Shown: in pieces, positions 24,201 to 35,687 of the stretch
How the letters are laid out: the number at the start of each line of letters is the position of its first letter
Numbering within the stretch: the first letter of the stretch is position 1
Origin: Sphaerodactylus townsendi
Lineage: Eukaryota
Reading direction: 5' to 3'
Length of the DNA stretch: 62,573 bases
Assembly: GCF_021028975.2 (NCBI RefSeq)
Contig: NC_059428.1
Location: 156,675,428 to 156,738,000, forward strand
The notes under the pieces: model-generated
What the model saw: only the letters and a program-made list of their open reading frames with translations
Told to the model about the DNA's origin: nothing
Database searches by the model: none
Position numbers and translations under genes: made by a program

Positions 24201-25628
24201 GAACACACGATGGCTGAAGCTTGTCTAGTGGCAAACCAACTCCATGACCTTCTCAGCACCAGTGGACAGCCAGCGTGGTGTTGTGGTTAAGAGCAGGGAA
24301 TCTAAGGTTTTTACATGTGGATTTTCCTGGGTTTGGGTCCTTTACATTACTGAAAGCTGGCTTTAGTGGCATGCCAATTAATAAAAATAAATATCAGGAT
24401 TCTCCCACAGAAAACCTCAACATACATAGTCTGACAGCATACGTTCTATCACATTTCATGGCGCATACACACACCTACGCCCAACGTCCGGATGAAAACC
24501 ACATTATTGGCCCCGCTCTCCACTGACTGAAAGCGTCTCAACCTCTGTGTCGTAGAAGCGCGGATCAGATCAACCTCCTTCCTCATAGCAGCCTCGGCAT
24601 CATCTTCCTCCTTTGCCTCCTCCTCGCTTCCCGACACGCTGCTGTCATTGCGGTCTGTGAACTGTCCACACACAATTGTTCCACAATCAGAGCATGACCA
24701 AAGCTAGAACAGTTGTTAAAATATTTGCATGCTGCCTTTTTCCACTCAGCAGGCCCCAAGGAGGTTCACTATATGACTAAAGAGGCACCCACTACAATAA
24801 CAGCAGAACTATGACTATGCACAACTAGGCAATTAAAATCACAATACATTACAATCAAAACAAGACACCATGATACAATGCCTTCCTAAACATCGCTTGC
24901 AAATGTTTCTAAATCCAACTGGGAAAGCATCAAAGATTCACTGGGACAACAGATCACCCCAGAGAATGTTTTAGCCCTGATTTAATCTCTATAGGAAGAC
25001 AAGCCCAGAGGTACACAAACAGGATCAAGTAGGGAAAGGTGGTCTTTCAGGTAAGCAGGTCAATAAAATACTTGACAGGTCAAAACCAGTATCTGAAGTT
25101 GAACCCGGAAACAAGCCTGCAACCAATGAAGTTGCTCCCAGACCTGCCTAATATGCTGAAAGTATCCATCATCCGTTTCCCATAGTAGGAAATATGTTTA
25201 TAGACCCCCGATTTATAAGCCTTCTGGAAGGTTCCTGCCCAGAGGCAGATCGGGTTCCAGATGGCCTGAACCTTCTTCAGTTACTACCTGGGATAACTAA
25301 ATAGAACCTCCATGCTCAGGTTCAGTGTACCCCCCATTTGGGGTTATTCACAGGCATCGGGCTGGCCGCTGCTGGGGACCAGGGAGATCCTTTGGCCTGC
25401 CTCGCACCAACGCACCTGCTCGGGCCCGTAGAGCTGCTCTCCGTACTCGCCGAGCAGGCTGTAGGCTTCGGCCACGCACTTGCGCTGGTTCATGTTGCAG
25501 GTGATTAAAATGCCGCACATGCCAACCTCCAGCTGGCGCCCCGCGTCGGCCCGGGCCCGTTTGGCCGCCGGCACGTACTGCGCTTTGCCCCGCCGCTTGT
25601 GAGCCGCCGCCGCCTCCCGGGCAGCCAT
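20988..25628 (-). CDS. THUMPD1: THUMP domain-containing protein 1 (NAT10 tRNA acetylation adaptor), 316 aa
   Basis: complement(join(20988..21289,22160..22408,24475..24661,25416..25628)) = 951 nt, phases consistent. Recognisable THUMPD1 peptides: KRRGKAQYV, GILITCNMN, RRFQSVESGANNVVFIRT, KKKTRVILRMLPVSGTCKA, FRKYNLQEV. Position between ACSM genes is syntenic. Confidence 0.97.
21473..21600. repeat. minisatellite, about 42-43 bp x3
   Basis: unit approximately ctcctggaatctcatggccacag....ttcaaggaaatgca. Confidence 0.8.
21657..21916 (-). mobile_element. Squam3-like SINE
   Basis: family sequence, reverse, 5'-truncated. Confidence 0.82.
22160..22408 (-). CDS. THUMPD1: THUMPD1 exon 3
   Basis: 249 nt, PEKLVHHIL...EEVIKELA|gtaagc. 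Confidence 0.95.
22432..22630 (+). mobile_element. 5S rRNA-derived SINE (5S-Sauria-like)
   Basis: 5S-like head (gatctcagaaactaagcagggtc...ttggatgggagacc) plus Sauria-like tail; related copies at about 26930..27100(-), 43610..43775(+) and 55390..55490(+). Confidence 0.75.
22645..22948 (+). mobile_element. Squam3-like SINE
   Basis: full length, young. Confidence 0.88.
22963..23243 (-). mobile_element. Squam3-like SINE
   Basis: tail-to-tail with the previous copy. Confidence 0.82.
24475..24661 (-). CDS. THUMPD1: THUMPD1 exon 2
   Basis: 187 nt, FTDRND...VVFIRTLGV|gtgtgt. Confidence 0.94.
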
Positions 25629-25960
25629 AGCAGCCGCCCCGGACAAGCCTCCCTCCACGCGCGGGCCACGATGGCGTCACCCGCACGCGCCGCGCACAGG
25701 CCACGGCCAGAAAGAAAAGGCTAGAGCGGACATTTCCTGTGAGAACCGAACGGTCCCCAATGGGAAAGCGCGGGGGGGGGGGGGTGCGCTTTCACCATAG
25801 AGATACCAATTCATAGAGCGGCGCCACCCATAGGAAAATCCATTAAAAAAACCCGGACGTTTGAATGGAGCGCTCAGCGGCAGCGTCTCCATGGCAACAC
25901 TAGCAGCCGCTTCTCTCAATGCTTCCTGCCAGGTCCTAAACCCGGGCTGTTCTGTACCCG
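25350..25960. promoter_or_regulatory. CpG-island promoter of THUMPD1, with RFX X-box-like site at 25885..25898
   Basis: Visibly CpG-rich across exon 1 and upstream. GTCTCCATGGCAAC is a near-palindromic X-box. Confidence 0.7.
25416..25628 (-). CDS. THUMPD1: THUMPD1 exon 1
   Basis: 213 nt, MAAREAAAAHKRRGK...LYGPEQ|gtgcgt. Confidence 0.93.
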
Positions 25961-26070
25961 TGTCTCCCCTTGTTCCCAAAAGCAATTTAAAATCGAAACA
26001 AGGTGTTCAGGTAATTACCTGCCTCAAGAAACAAAATGAGCTATAGGGCAGTTTTGAACACCTCTGTGAT

Positions 26071-26542
26071 CTGATTGTAGTGGGTTTTCCGGGCTGCGTG
26101 GCCGTGGTCTGGTGGATCTTGTTCCTAATGTTTCACCTGCATCTGCGGCTGGCATCTTCAGAGAGGTGTATCACAGAGGGAAGTGCGCTACACACTGCGT
26201 CCAGTGAGAAGGGAATGTTTAGTGGGGTATGAAATTGTCCACGTCCCAGGGTGGGGAACCCATCGATGAAGTCCATCCAGTAAAGTTTGGGTGGAACTTG
26301 CCGTGCAAAGGTGTGGTTGATAGTATTTTATTGCGGGTGGGGTTTTTCAGACCAGGGAAATATGAATTTCCCTGGACTGAAAAACTCCACCCGCATTACA
26401 ATGCAATCAGCCACATTTCTGAAGATGCCAGCCACAGATGCAGGTGAAACGTTAGGAACAAGATCTACCAGACCATGGCCACATAGCCCGGAAAACCCAC
26501 CAGAACCAGTTGAATCCGGCTGTGAAAGCCTTTGACAATACA
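26071..26542. mobile_element. Penelope-like element remnant (inverted pseudo-LTR pair)
   Basis: same arms as 4962..5232; inversion centre near 26350..26375; ends gaaagcctttgacaataca. Confidence 0.8.
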
Positions 26543-29500
26543 TCTATGAACATTGAGCATTCTGATAACCATGCTGAATCTAGAATGTAATCACCTTGCA
26601 GGCAGGGACCTGTTTCTTCGTCTCCATCCAGTTAATGCACACTTAGGGCACTGAATTTGCATTTGCCTTCCTTTGACATCTAGTTTAGCTGCTGGGACAA
26701 GTTTATCATTCACGGAGACAAATGTATACAATAGTATATTATGGTTATTTTGTTTCAGAGGGTAGCCCGATAAATCTGAATCCAGTAGAGATCGCCAAGA
26801 TGTTTGGGCTATATAAGCTGAGAGTCGATCCCTTGGGAACTTTGAAGGGAACTTTGCCTCTTGAAAGCCCCCCCCCCCCCCCCCAAATCTTATGGGGAAA
26901 AAATGCCACCAAGTCTCCAGCTCACTTATGCCAAACTCAAGTGGGAATTTCAAGGCAAGAGATGTGCAGAGCTGGTTTGCCATTGCCTGCCTCTGCCTCA
27001 TGACCCTGCTATTTCTTGGAGGTTTCCATCCAGATGCCAGTCAGGGTCGACCCTTCTGAGCTCTGACGAGATCAGGTTAGCCTTGGCTGTCCAGTTCAGG
27101 GCTATAGCAATATTATTAATAATATGCACTATTGCATACCACATTTGTTGTATAATTATTATGTATTATTACACATAATGCTAGTAACAAAGCTAAAAGG
27201 CAGCTCTTGACACAGCCAGATACAGAATTCTAGCTTCAAATGCAGTGGGGATCCTGCGAGGGTCAATTACAACTCTACAGCCAAATCATTTTTTTTAACT
27301 TCTTGGTTTTGTATTATCTCTCCAGCAGTACGTGCTCCAAGAGAGATGATCACTTCTGCAGATCATCAAGACTCCCTCTTCCTCCCTAAACTAGCCGGGC
27401 CAGGCAGGCAGAGTGGGTGTGACTTGGCCTGGAGCTCTGTCTCCACTTGACTCTGCGATTTGGGGCCCTTGCAACAGTCTGAGGCAGAGCTCCGGGAAGG
27501 CACAGAGGCTCCTGCAGGGCTTGCAAGGGTCTGACAACCCTTCATGTGAGTCTTTCCTTTGAATACCTGTTTGGTCTCGTTATTGTTGTGTTCTTGAAGC
27601 CAGGCATCAGAATAAGGAAGGCGGCGTAGTTTTAAACAGGAACACAGTTTAACAAGTCCAGTTCTTTCTGTGGTGGAATGCCAACTTCCTTCCTCTCTGT
27701 TCTTGCTCACACCGAGTCCTGGCATGGACTCCAGGCAGTCTAAGATACTGGCCCAGATAAAAGGAACAGAGTTGTTGCAAATACCAGTTATTTCTCCCTT
27801 GCCTGACTATTTTTAGGGCTCAAAATGGAAAGGGAACTTGCTTTTAATGTTTCAGAAGAAAGCTCCATAAATTGGAATCAAAGGAGTCAACCCCACCCCC
27901 AATTAAATATGATAGATAACTTGATTGTAAAATGCAGCCATTCTGTATTTCACTGTTGGAATTCCTGGGGGTGGCATGTTGATTTTCCTTTTACAGGCTG
28001 GTACAAAACCAGAAACTGTTCCTTTTTCTTATTTTGAAGGAGTGACTCAAACGCTTGGGCGTTGCTTTAACTGTGCAAGGATGATCAGGGCAGTCTGCTT
28101 AAGGCTTTATAGGTCAAAATCAGAATCTTGGTTCTGGCTTGAAAACTAACTGGTCACCACTGCACAAAACTTCAAATTGAACGTGCCGTGAGGTGTCCAC
28201 TAAAGGCAGACCTCAGGATTCCGTCCTGGATGAATTGTGTTCAAGGCCCCATGTGGAGATCACTGCAGTAATCTAATCATCCCAGATTTTGTACCAGGAC
28301 AGTCAGTGCCACGTTAAAAGCAAGAACTTTGTCAGATGTCACGGGAAACATTTGTGTCTACAAGCCTGGCATCCCAAGCTATCCTATCTACCTCTGGTCT
28401 GATTCGCTTCCCAGCCTACTGGAGCAAGCAATACTTGTGTATAATAAGTAGATGCACTGGCCAGTTTTCTTCTTGTCATAGCAGAATTACCAAGAGGGAG
28501 GTAGACTCAGGATAAATTACACGCACTGAGCTTTAGTCTTTAAAAATGTTGGACTGGCCTCTGTAATTGATTGAAAAGTTGGGAGCATTTTGCAAAGGAC
28601 AACATTCATTGTCCAGCCTAGTGACATATTACCTCGTTTACCCCCTCATGGTTACTGGACAGTGCAGCACCAGGGTAACAGCCAAGAGAACTTTGACTGG
28701 ATTGTTTATAAGTGACCGCTAGCTCTTATAATGTGTGTCCCCAGCCTTCTGTATACCTCTTAGTGCACACATACAGAGTTTCCAGGAGGAAACATCTGCT
28801 GCTTCTAACCAGGGGATGGTCATTGTATAGTAAACAAAATTTATGGCAGGCAACCTGACCCATATTGTCCTCGGGATTTATTTCTACAGCTAAATTGCAG
28901 GTTTGTGGATATCTGATTTATATTCTCCAGCGTGGCAGGTAGCCCAGCTGCTGAATTTCACCGCATATGCCCCTAGATTACGTGTTGTTAAGCGAGGGCT
29001 GAACAACGAAACAGGTTTATACCTTTTGTAAAGACCAACCGCTGCCACACAAAATGGTATGCAAGCTTTACAGTTCACAAGAATTCTCCATCAGGGACTG
29101 CTTTGTTGTTGTTTTTTAAAGCCCCTTAAATGTAATATTGATATTGCTTATTATATCGAGATTGCGGAGGCTGCTTTTGCATCTTAAGGGAAATGCCTGT
29201 TGTTGATCCCTGAGAGCAGCGGGGGAGGAGACTCCGTTCAGGGATCAGCGGCTGGCTTTTCTGTTAAAATACAAAGGTCACAAAAAGCAGCCTCCACAAT
29301 ATCAATGCAAGCAATATGGAGGGTAATATCAATCCTTCCTTTTGACAGGAGACTGGAACTGGGGGGGCAGGTGAGACTTTTGATTGGATCAACAATAGGG
29401 GCAGTGATCGCGATTGAGTCGTGCAACAGACAGTGGGGCAGCTCCTTGTGTCTAAACAGGAAATGCCAGGAGACGCCACTGCAGAGGGACTGCAGGGCTA

Positions 29501-31033
29501 AGAGCACCACAGAAAGCGCTCCGTGCATAATGGGCCATAGTTTCTGAATTCACCAGCTAAAATGAACATTGCCGTTAGATCCGTTCAGTGGGCCTCGGGA
29601 GAGTTATCTGGATACAGCTGGGGCCCAAAGGGCTTTGTAAGCAAAACACTGCCTGCCTCATACGTGACTCAGCCAAAGTATTTATCTTTTGGCAAAAGGC
29701 CTTCACCATCTAGCTGTCCTTCATTCCTCGCAGCAGATATGAAAATATGCTCCAGAGGAGTTTCAGTAGGTTGCTGCTGTTTTGTGGGTTTGCTTATTCT
29801 GGTGGTCTGGTTTTGAACTTCTTGTGGTACTAAGACTGGCTCCATTGGAGGGAGATGTTTGGGGGTGCTGCTGAACCCCTTCCTTTTCTGGCCTTGCAGT
29901 AGGGTGACTATCGCCCTAGAGCAAGCTAGTCCACAGGAATCCTTCCGCATTTGTATTTATAGAAGTATCATGGGAGTCCTAATGATGTCAGAGACAGCAC
30001 CGCCAGAGAAAGCAATTCTGATACTTTGGATTTCTGCTTTGGTACTTAGTAATGTCTCTCAAACCCTGCTGCCCCACCCCCTTAACAGAACCAGGATGAC
30101 AGGGGCGTGTTATCATCAGGGACAGCTGGAGTGTGTGCGATCTCTCTTGGGGAAAAAAAAATCCAAAATGTTTCTTCGAAAGAAGCTGCATCTTTTGAAT
30201 AAATGTTCCAACCATTCGTTTTTTAAAATCCTTATAGAAACACCTTTATTCTTAATTTCTATAGCAAGGGATGAGTTCTAAGTGACTTACTTTAAAGCCT
30301 CCACCGGTGGGACTTTTCTGTTGCCAAGGTGATTTTTGAACTCAGGTAGAGGACTGAAACTGGCCACGGGACTAACCTGACCCCGTGGACGCATCTTGGG
30401 TATCCTGAAATGTTAAATGGCTAGGATAAGAGGCATGTCGGGAGCGCTTAGCCAGGCCTCCTGTTGGGATTTGGCAAGTGCCAGTCACACAATCCAGTAA
30501 TGAAGGAGTTAATTGTTGCATGCTTAGTTAGTGAGGTCAGAAGTCAGTGACCAGGTAATTGATACCTATTGGTTGGGTGGGCTACATGCAGGTCTGCACG
30601 TAGGCTTTAGATATATGTTCTTTGTGTTGCACTCTGCATGTGGTCAGTTCAGTCTATCTATAGCTTAGTAGCCATGTAATAGTCTAAGCAGCAAGCTGGC
30701 TGTTGGTGCTAGCTAGTAAGAAAGATGTTTATTGTTTTTCTTCCAAGTTTCCCTTCCCTGTAGTAAGTAAACTTTATTTCAGTAAAGCAACTGGTCTCTG
30801 CCTCATTATTGCATTAACTCTGCTAATTAGGTATTTGTCCACATGACACCTATGCAGAACAAATGGTAAAAATCCTGAGGTAGAAGAGAGGACAAAAAAA
30901 AGGGGTCCTGAAATTCTTACCATCTGGAGGAAACCAATGGCTTCTTTACTATGTGGCTGTTTCTGTTATGTATTTCAGGTAGGTGAGCTGTGGAAAACAT
31001 CCGGAAACGAGGACACTGTGGGAGTTCCCCACC

Positions 31034-31252
31034 ATGGCCTGTGTTGTGCCAATATTATGGAAGATCCAGGCCATTAAGGGTTGGTGCGCTCTTGGCCAAG
31101 TTCCCATCAGACCCTTCAGCAAACGTCCCTCGGTGCCCGCGGCTCAGAATTTTTCAGACTATGACTCCATCCGAGAACAGTATAAGCCCGAAGTGCCGGA
31201 GTGCTTCAACTTTGCAAAAGACGTGCTTGACAAGTGGGCCCAGATGGAAAAG
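31034..31252 (+). CDS. ACSM3: ACSM3 coding exon 1
   Basis: 219 nt, MACVV...[16 protein letters not shown]|gtatcg. Confidence 0.93.
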
Positions 31253-34200
31253 GTATCGTTTTGGCAGCTGGCTTTCAGGTGTTTCAAAACACAGGCACAC
31301 GGATTCCATGTGTGGTGGGCAGGTATTTTAATTTCACAGAATCAATGCTTTTATTTTTAAAACAACTAGATGGTTCTGTAACGGGAAAGATGTGCTGTTA
31401 GTTTCCTACCTCTTCTGCCTCCATCACTCCCCATCTTCCTCTGACTTTCCCTGGAACTCGATCTGCCGCAAGAGCTGTTTATCTTCACTGTCTGGAAAGT
31501 GTAGATAACAGTTTCATAAGAGCTGAGCTCCCCCCTCCACTGATCTATCTAACCAGATTGCTAAGCACTGGGGGAAATGTCAAAGGTTTATTTCAGCTTC
31601 CATTTTTAAAAAATTAACAACACATAATGCAATCAATGAGCCTTCTTCAGTTCCCCCACACCGCTGCAGGAGGTGGTCAGGCAATGAAAACATATCCCTG
31701 CCCTTTGGTCCAGAGCGCCCCTAGCTTGATACAAGAAGTCAGTGTATCGTAGCAGCTACAGGTACCTACAAGGTCCAAATCCTGACGATTTACAGCGCGC
31801 TCAATTGTCTCCTCAGGAGGGAAGAGGACCGTCCAATCCAGCCCTCTGGTGGGTCGGCGACCAAGGGGAGGAAGTGAAATGGAGCTTTGAAGAGCTGGCA
31901 TCTATCTCCAAGAAAGCAGCCAACCTGTTTTCGGAGCAGTGCGGCCTGCAGAAGGGAGACCGGGTTGTAGTGATCCTGTCGCGGATACCCGAGTGGTGGC
32001 TCTTGAACGTGGCTTGTCTGCGAACAGGTTAGCAATGACAGTGCTTGTTTGACGAGCCAATTGTCACTTGGAGAGGAGGATCGCGTGGCTTTTTGGAAAC
32101 ACCCTGTACTCCATCAGGCCACTGTCTGACAATGTCAGTATTGCCTACGTGGACTGGCAATGGTTCTCCAGGGTCTCCGCCAGAGGCGCTCTTTAACGGC
32201 TTTTAAGGAGGTGCCAGGGCTTGAACCTGTAAGCAATTTGCTGGATTCCCATACAGCCCTTTAAGCCAAAAGAGCAAGGAAACCCCTTCTCCCTAAGCCA
32301 AGGGAGAAGTGAAGAATCAGACCGGTTTGGTTAGCAAAACAGAGCTGCCTCTCTAGCTAGAGTCTCCGTTACAGCCTCCTAAGCCAAGGGGGCAAGGGAC
32401 TCTTCTTCCCTCAAGCCAGAGGGAAGAAAGAGAGGCAAAGAATCCCAGTCACAGACAAAAGTCTTGCAAAGAATAAAGCAAAGTTTATTTCTAAGCCAGC
32501 ACAGGTCTCACCAGTAATGAGAGCTGCCCCAAACTGCTGAAAGGTCCAAGGTTTTAAAGGGTCTTCTGGGGTTACATCAAAGCAAAGTCATATACATTTC
32601 AAAAGATTTAGTTTTGCAACAAATTATCACACGTCAACCATTAGTAGAAGTTCCCAAACATTCCAGGATGTTCCCAAACAACGTAAGCGGTAAATGCAGA
32701 GCCATCCATTTGCCTCCTGATTGCTTTTTAGCTCCGGTGGCTATCACCTTGCTTATGATACCCCTTGTACCAACAGTAGGGTAATTTAGTTCCTGAGAGG
32801 CCCGAGAAGCAACTAAGACCCTTTCCGCACGGGCCATTAACGGTGGCTTGGGGACGGCAAAAACGCCGTCCCCAGGCCGCCGTTCGCACAGGGGGCACAG
32901 CTGCGTCGCAGCCACGCCGCCCTCGCGCCGGCCGCCCATCCCCACGCCGGCGTTTCCCCAGTGTGCTCGGAAGCGCACTTGTTGGGGAAATGCCAGCTGG
33001 AAGCCGCTGCCGCTTCCCAGCGCTTCCCCCCCCCTGCTCCCTGTACTTACCTTGTCCCCAGGCCTCGGCGACGCGCCGGAGGCCCGGGGACACGCCGGGT
33101 AGGCCGGGCGCCGGCGCTCTGCAGCGCTGGCTGCCCAGCTCTTTCTAGGACCGTCCGTTCGGACGGTCCTAGCGTCGTCGGGTCAGCGTCGAGGACACCG
33201 ACCCGGCCACTTCCGCATTCGTGCGGAAACGGCCTAAGATATTTAGATTGTTTACTGCTACTACAGAAATACTGGGAGATGTTATCTTTCTGATAGCCTT
33301 GTGTAAATTAGCTTGTCAGACTGAGGGGTTCCAGTGGCTGTATCGGTTATGTTCATTTGGGTAGCTAAAGCAATTAGCAAAGGAATGTGGCTTCTAAGTA
33401 AGGAAGAGGGGTGCATGTAAGACTGGCAATCTATATTTCCAAGCTGGATCAGTTTATTCGTTTAAAGCTGAATTTCCTGCTCCATGGTATTGCTCACAAA
33501 CCTGATACCTGCTGCATTCAAGCCTGTTTCTCTACCACTGAGCTACAGCGGCTCTTCAAGCATATTCTGTCGCGGAGGAAGGATAATCACTGTGAATATG
33601 GCAGAAAAGCACAGCGTGTTTATTCTGTAACTCTGTAGCTGTTCCCTCCAGGACTTGGAAGCAAGCGACACATGACTGTCCCAATCTGATTTCTCTCTGC
33701 TAGGAACTGTTCTCATCCCCGGGACCACGCAGCTGACCGCAAAAGACATTCTGCACAGGCTGCAGGCGTCCCGGGCCAAGTGCATCATCACCGATCAAGC
33801 CTTAGCCCCGGCCGTAGACAGCGTGGCTTCCGAATGCCAGTCTCTAGCGGTCAAGCTCATCGTGTCAAGAGACCCCAGGGATGGCTGGCTCAATTTCCAT
33901 GATTTGCTGAAGTACGTATCGGCTTTTCCTCCTAGTTACGGGGAAAGTTTCTCCTGGGAGACGGGACTGGGCACAGGGCCAGGCTGCTTGCTGCGGGGTC
34001 AGTTTAGAGGGTGCTGCTTCCTGTTCACACCCAACCCTAAGACGTTACCTATTTTCGGAACAGCTGTGGGTTTGATTCGGGAGTTTGCATTTCTTGCACA
34101 GTCTGTGAGCCATCACGACGAAACTAGAGTTGTCTTTTCCCCCTAACAGAGGCTCCTTCCGCACATGCAGAATAATGCACTTTCAAACTGCTTTCAGTGC

Positions 34201-35644
34201 TCTTTGAAGCTGTGCAGAATAGCAAAATCCACTGGCAAACAGTTGTGAAAGTGGTTTGAAAACGCATTATTTTGCGTGTGCGGAAGGGGCCAGAATTTGG
34301 TAGAAGAAACGCGGTCAAAATCGATGCCTGTGCTTTAAGTCTGTTGCTTCTAAATGGCATATGGGATAAAAGACACAAACAAAAACCAGGATATTCACCA
34401 AAGAAATAGGCCGGATGGGAAAGGACCATATAACAAATGGATGGGCGAAACACATATTTGTGCACCCAAGCGTTCCCCTTGACTTCTCAGTGGTCTGTGG
34501 GTTTGGGCCAGGCTGGGACAGATTTCAGGCTGAACCGACTGCAACAGTGAAGACAAAACCACGTTGTCATCCCATCTTTTCTCCAAAGAGTCCAAGGCAG
34601 TGGATATGGATTGTCCCTCCTCCATTTTCGCCTCACCACAACCCTGCGGGGTAGGTTGCACTGAGAGAGAGTGACTGAAGATGAAGTGGCTCAGCCTCCC
34701 AGTTTAGCATTCTAACCATTCTAACCACTGTGCCAAGCTAGCTCTGGGTGGGATGGGCTTTATGAAATCATTATAACCATTACCTCTGTTTTATAAATGC
34801 ACGTGCTTTCATTTCGTGCCCCTTTGTGTCCTACAGCCGTGCACCTGCTGACCACAGCTGTGTGGCCACCAAGAGCTGCGAGCCAATGGCAATCTATTTC
34901 ACCAGCGGCACAACTGGTGCTCCCAAAATGGCCGAGCATTCCCACTGCAGCCACGGAATCGGACTTGCCCTCAACGGAAGGTAGGCGCGGGGGCGTTTCC
35001 TGCTTCCCGCATCCTGATGCACAAAAGTTTCAGCAGCTGTCCCAGCTTGACTTCCTGAGACCAGCGCAGACATTCCACATTTACTGAGCATGTTTTTAAA
35101 TTCATCTACACTATTGTTTCATGTACATTACTTTACATTATTGTTTTGTGAACATTACTGTTTTATTTACATTACATTATTGTTTCATGTCTGTTACTGC
35201 AGTAATTCTTACAAAACCACTGCAGGGTAGACCATTATTACCTGCATGTTGTAGATTGGGGAGGAGCTGAGGAGGGATAGAGCGCATGCCACACTCGCAG
35301 ACAGGGTTCAGTCCCTAGCCTCTCCTTGTAAAGGGCCCAGGGTGCTAGAAAAGTCCAAGAGGTTGAAAAGACAGGCGAGTCAGAGAAGATGGCATTCAGC
35401 TACAAGAGCTCTGCCCAGCAGACCAATCAGGCAGAGAGCAATAGCATGCTTACATGAAGCACGACGCCAAGGAGACGCTGGGGAGGATCTGTGGATCAAT
35501 AAAAGAGCCTCCGCTTGCATGTGGAAGGTCCCTGCCATCTCTGTCTAAAAGTTAGAGGTGAAAGGAAAGCCCTCTTCTCAACACCCAGGAGAGCCACGAC
35601 CAGTGTGAGAAAACCCAACTGACCTTAGTGGATGACAACAACAA

Positions 35645-35687
<43 letters not shown>

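Noticed and set aside
30436-30848. Solo LTR just upstream of ACSM3 (TGTC...GACA, AGTAAA)
   Set aside because: LTR-like composition, but no matching TSD and no second copy in the window.
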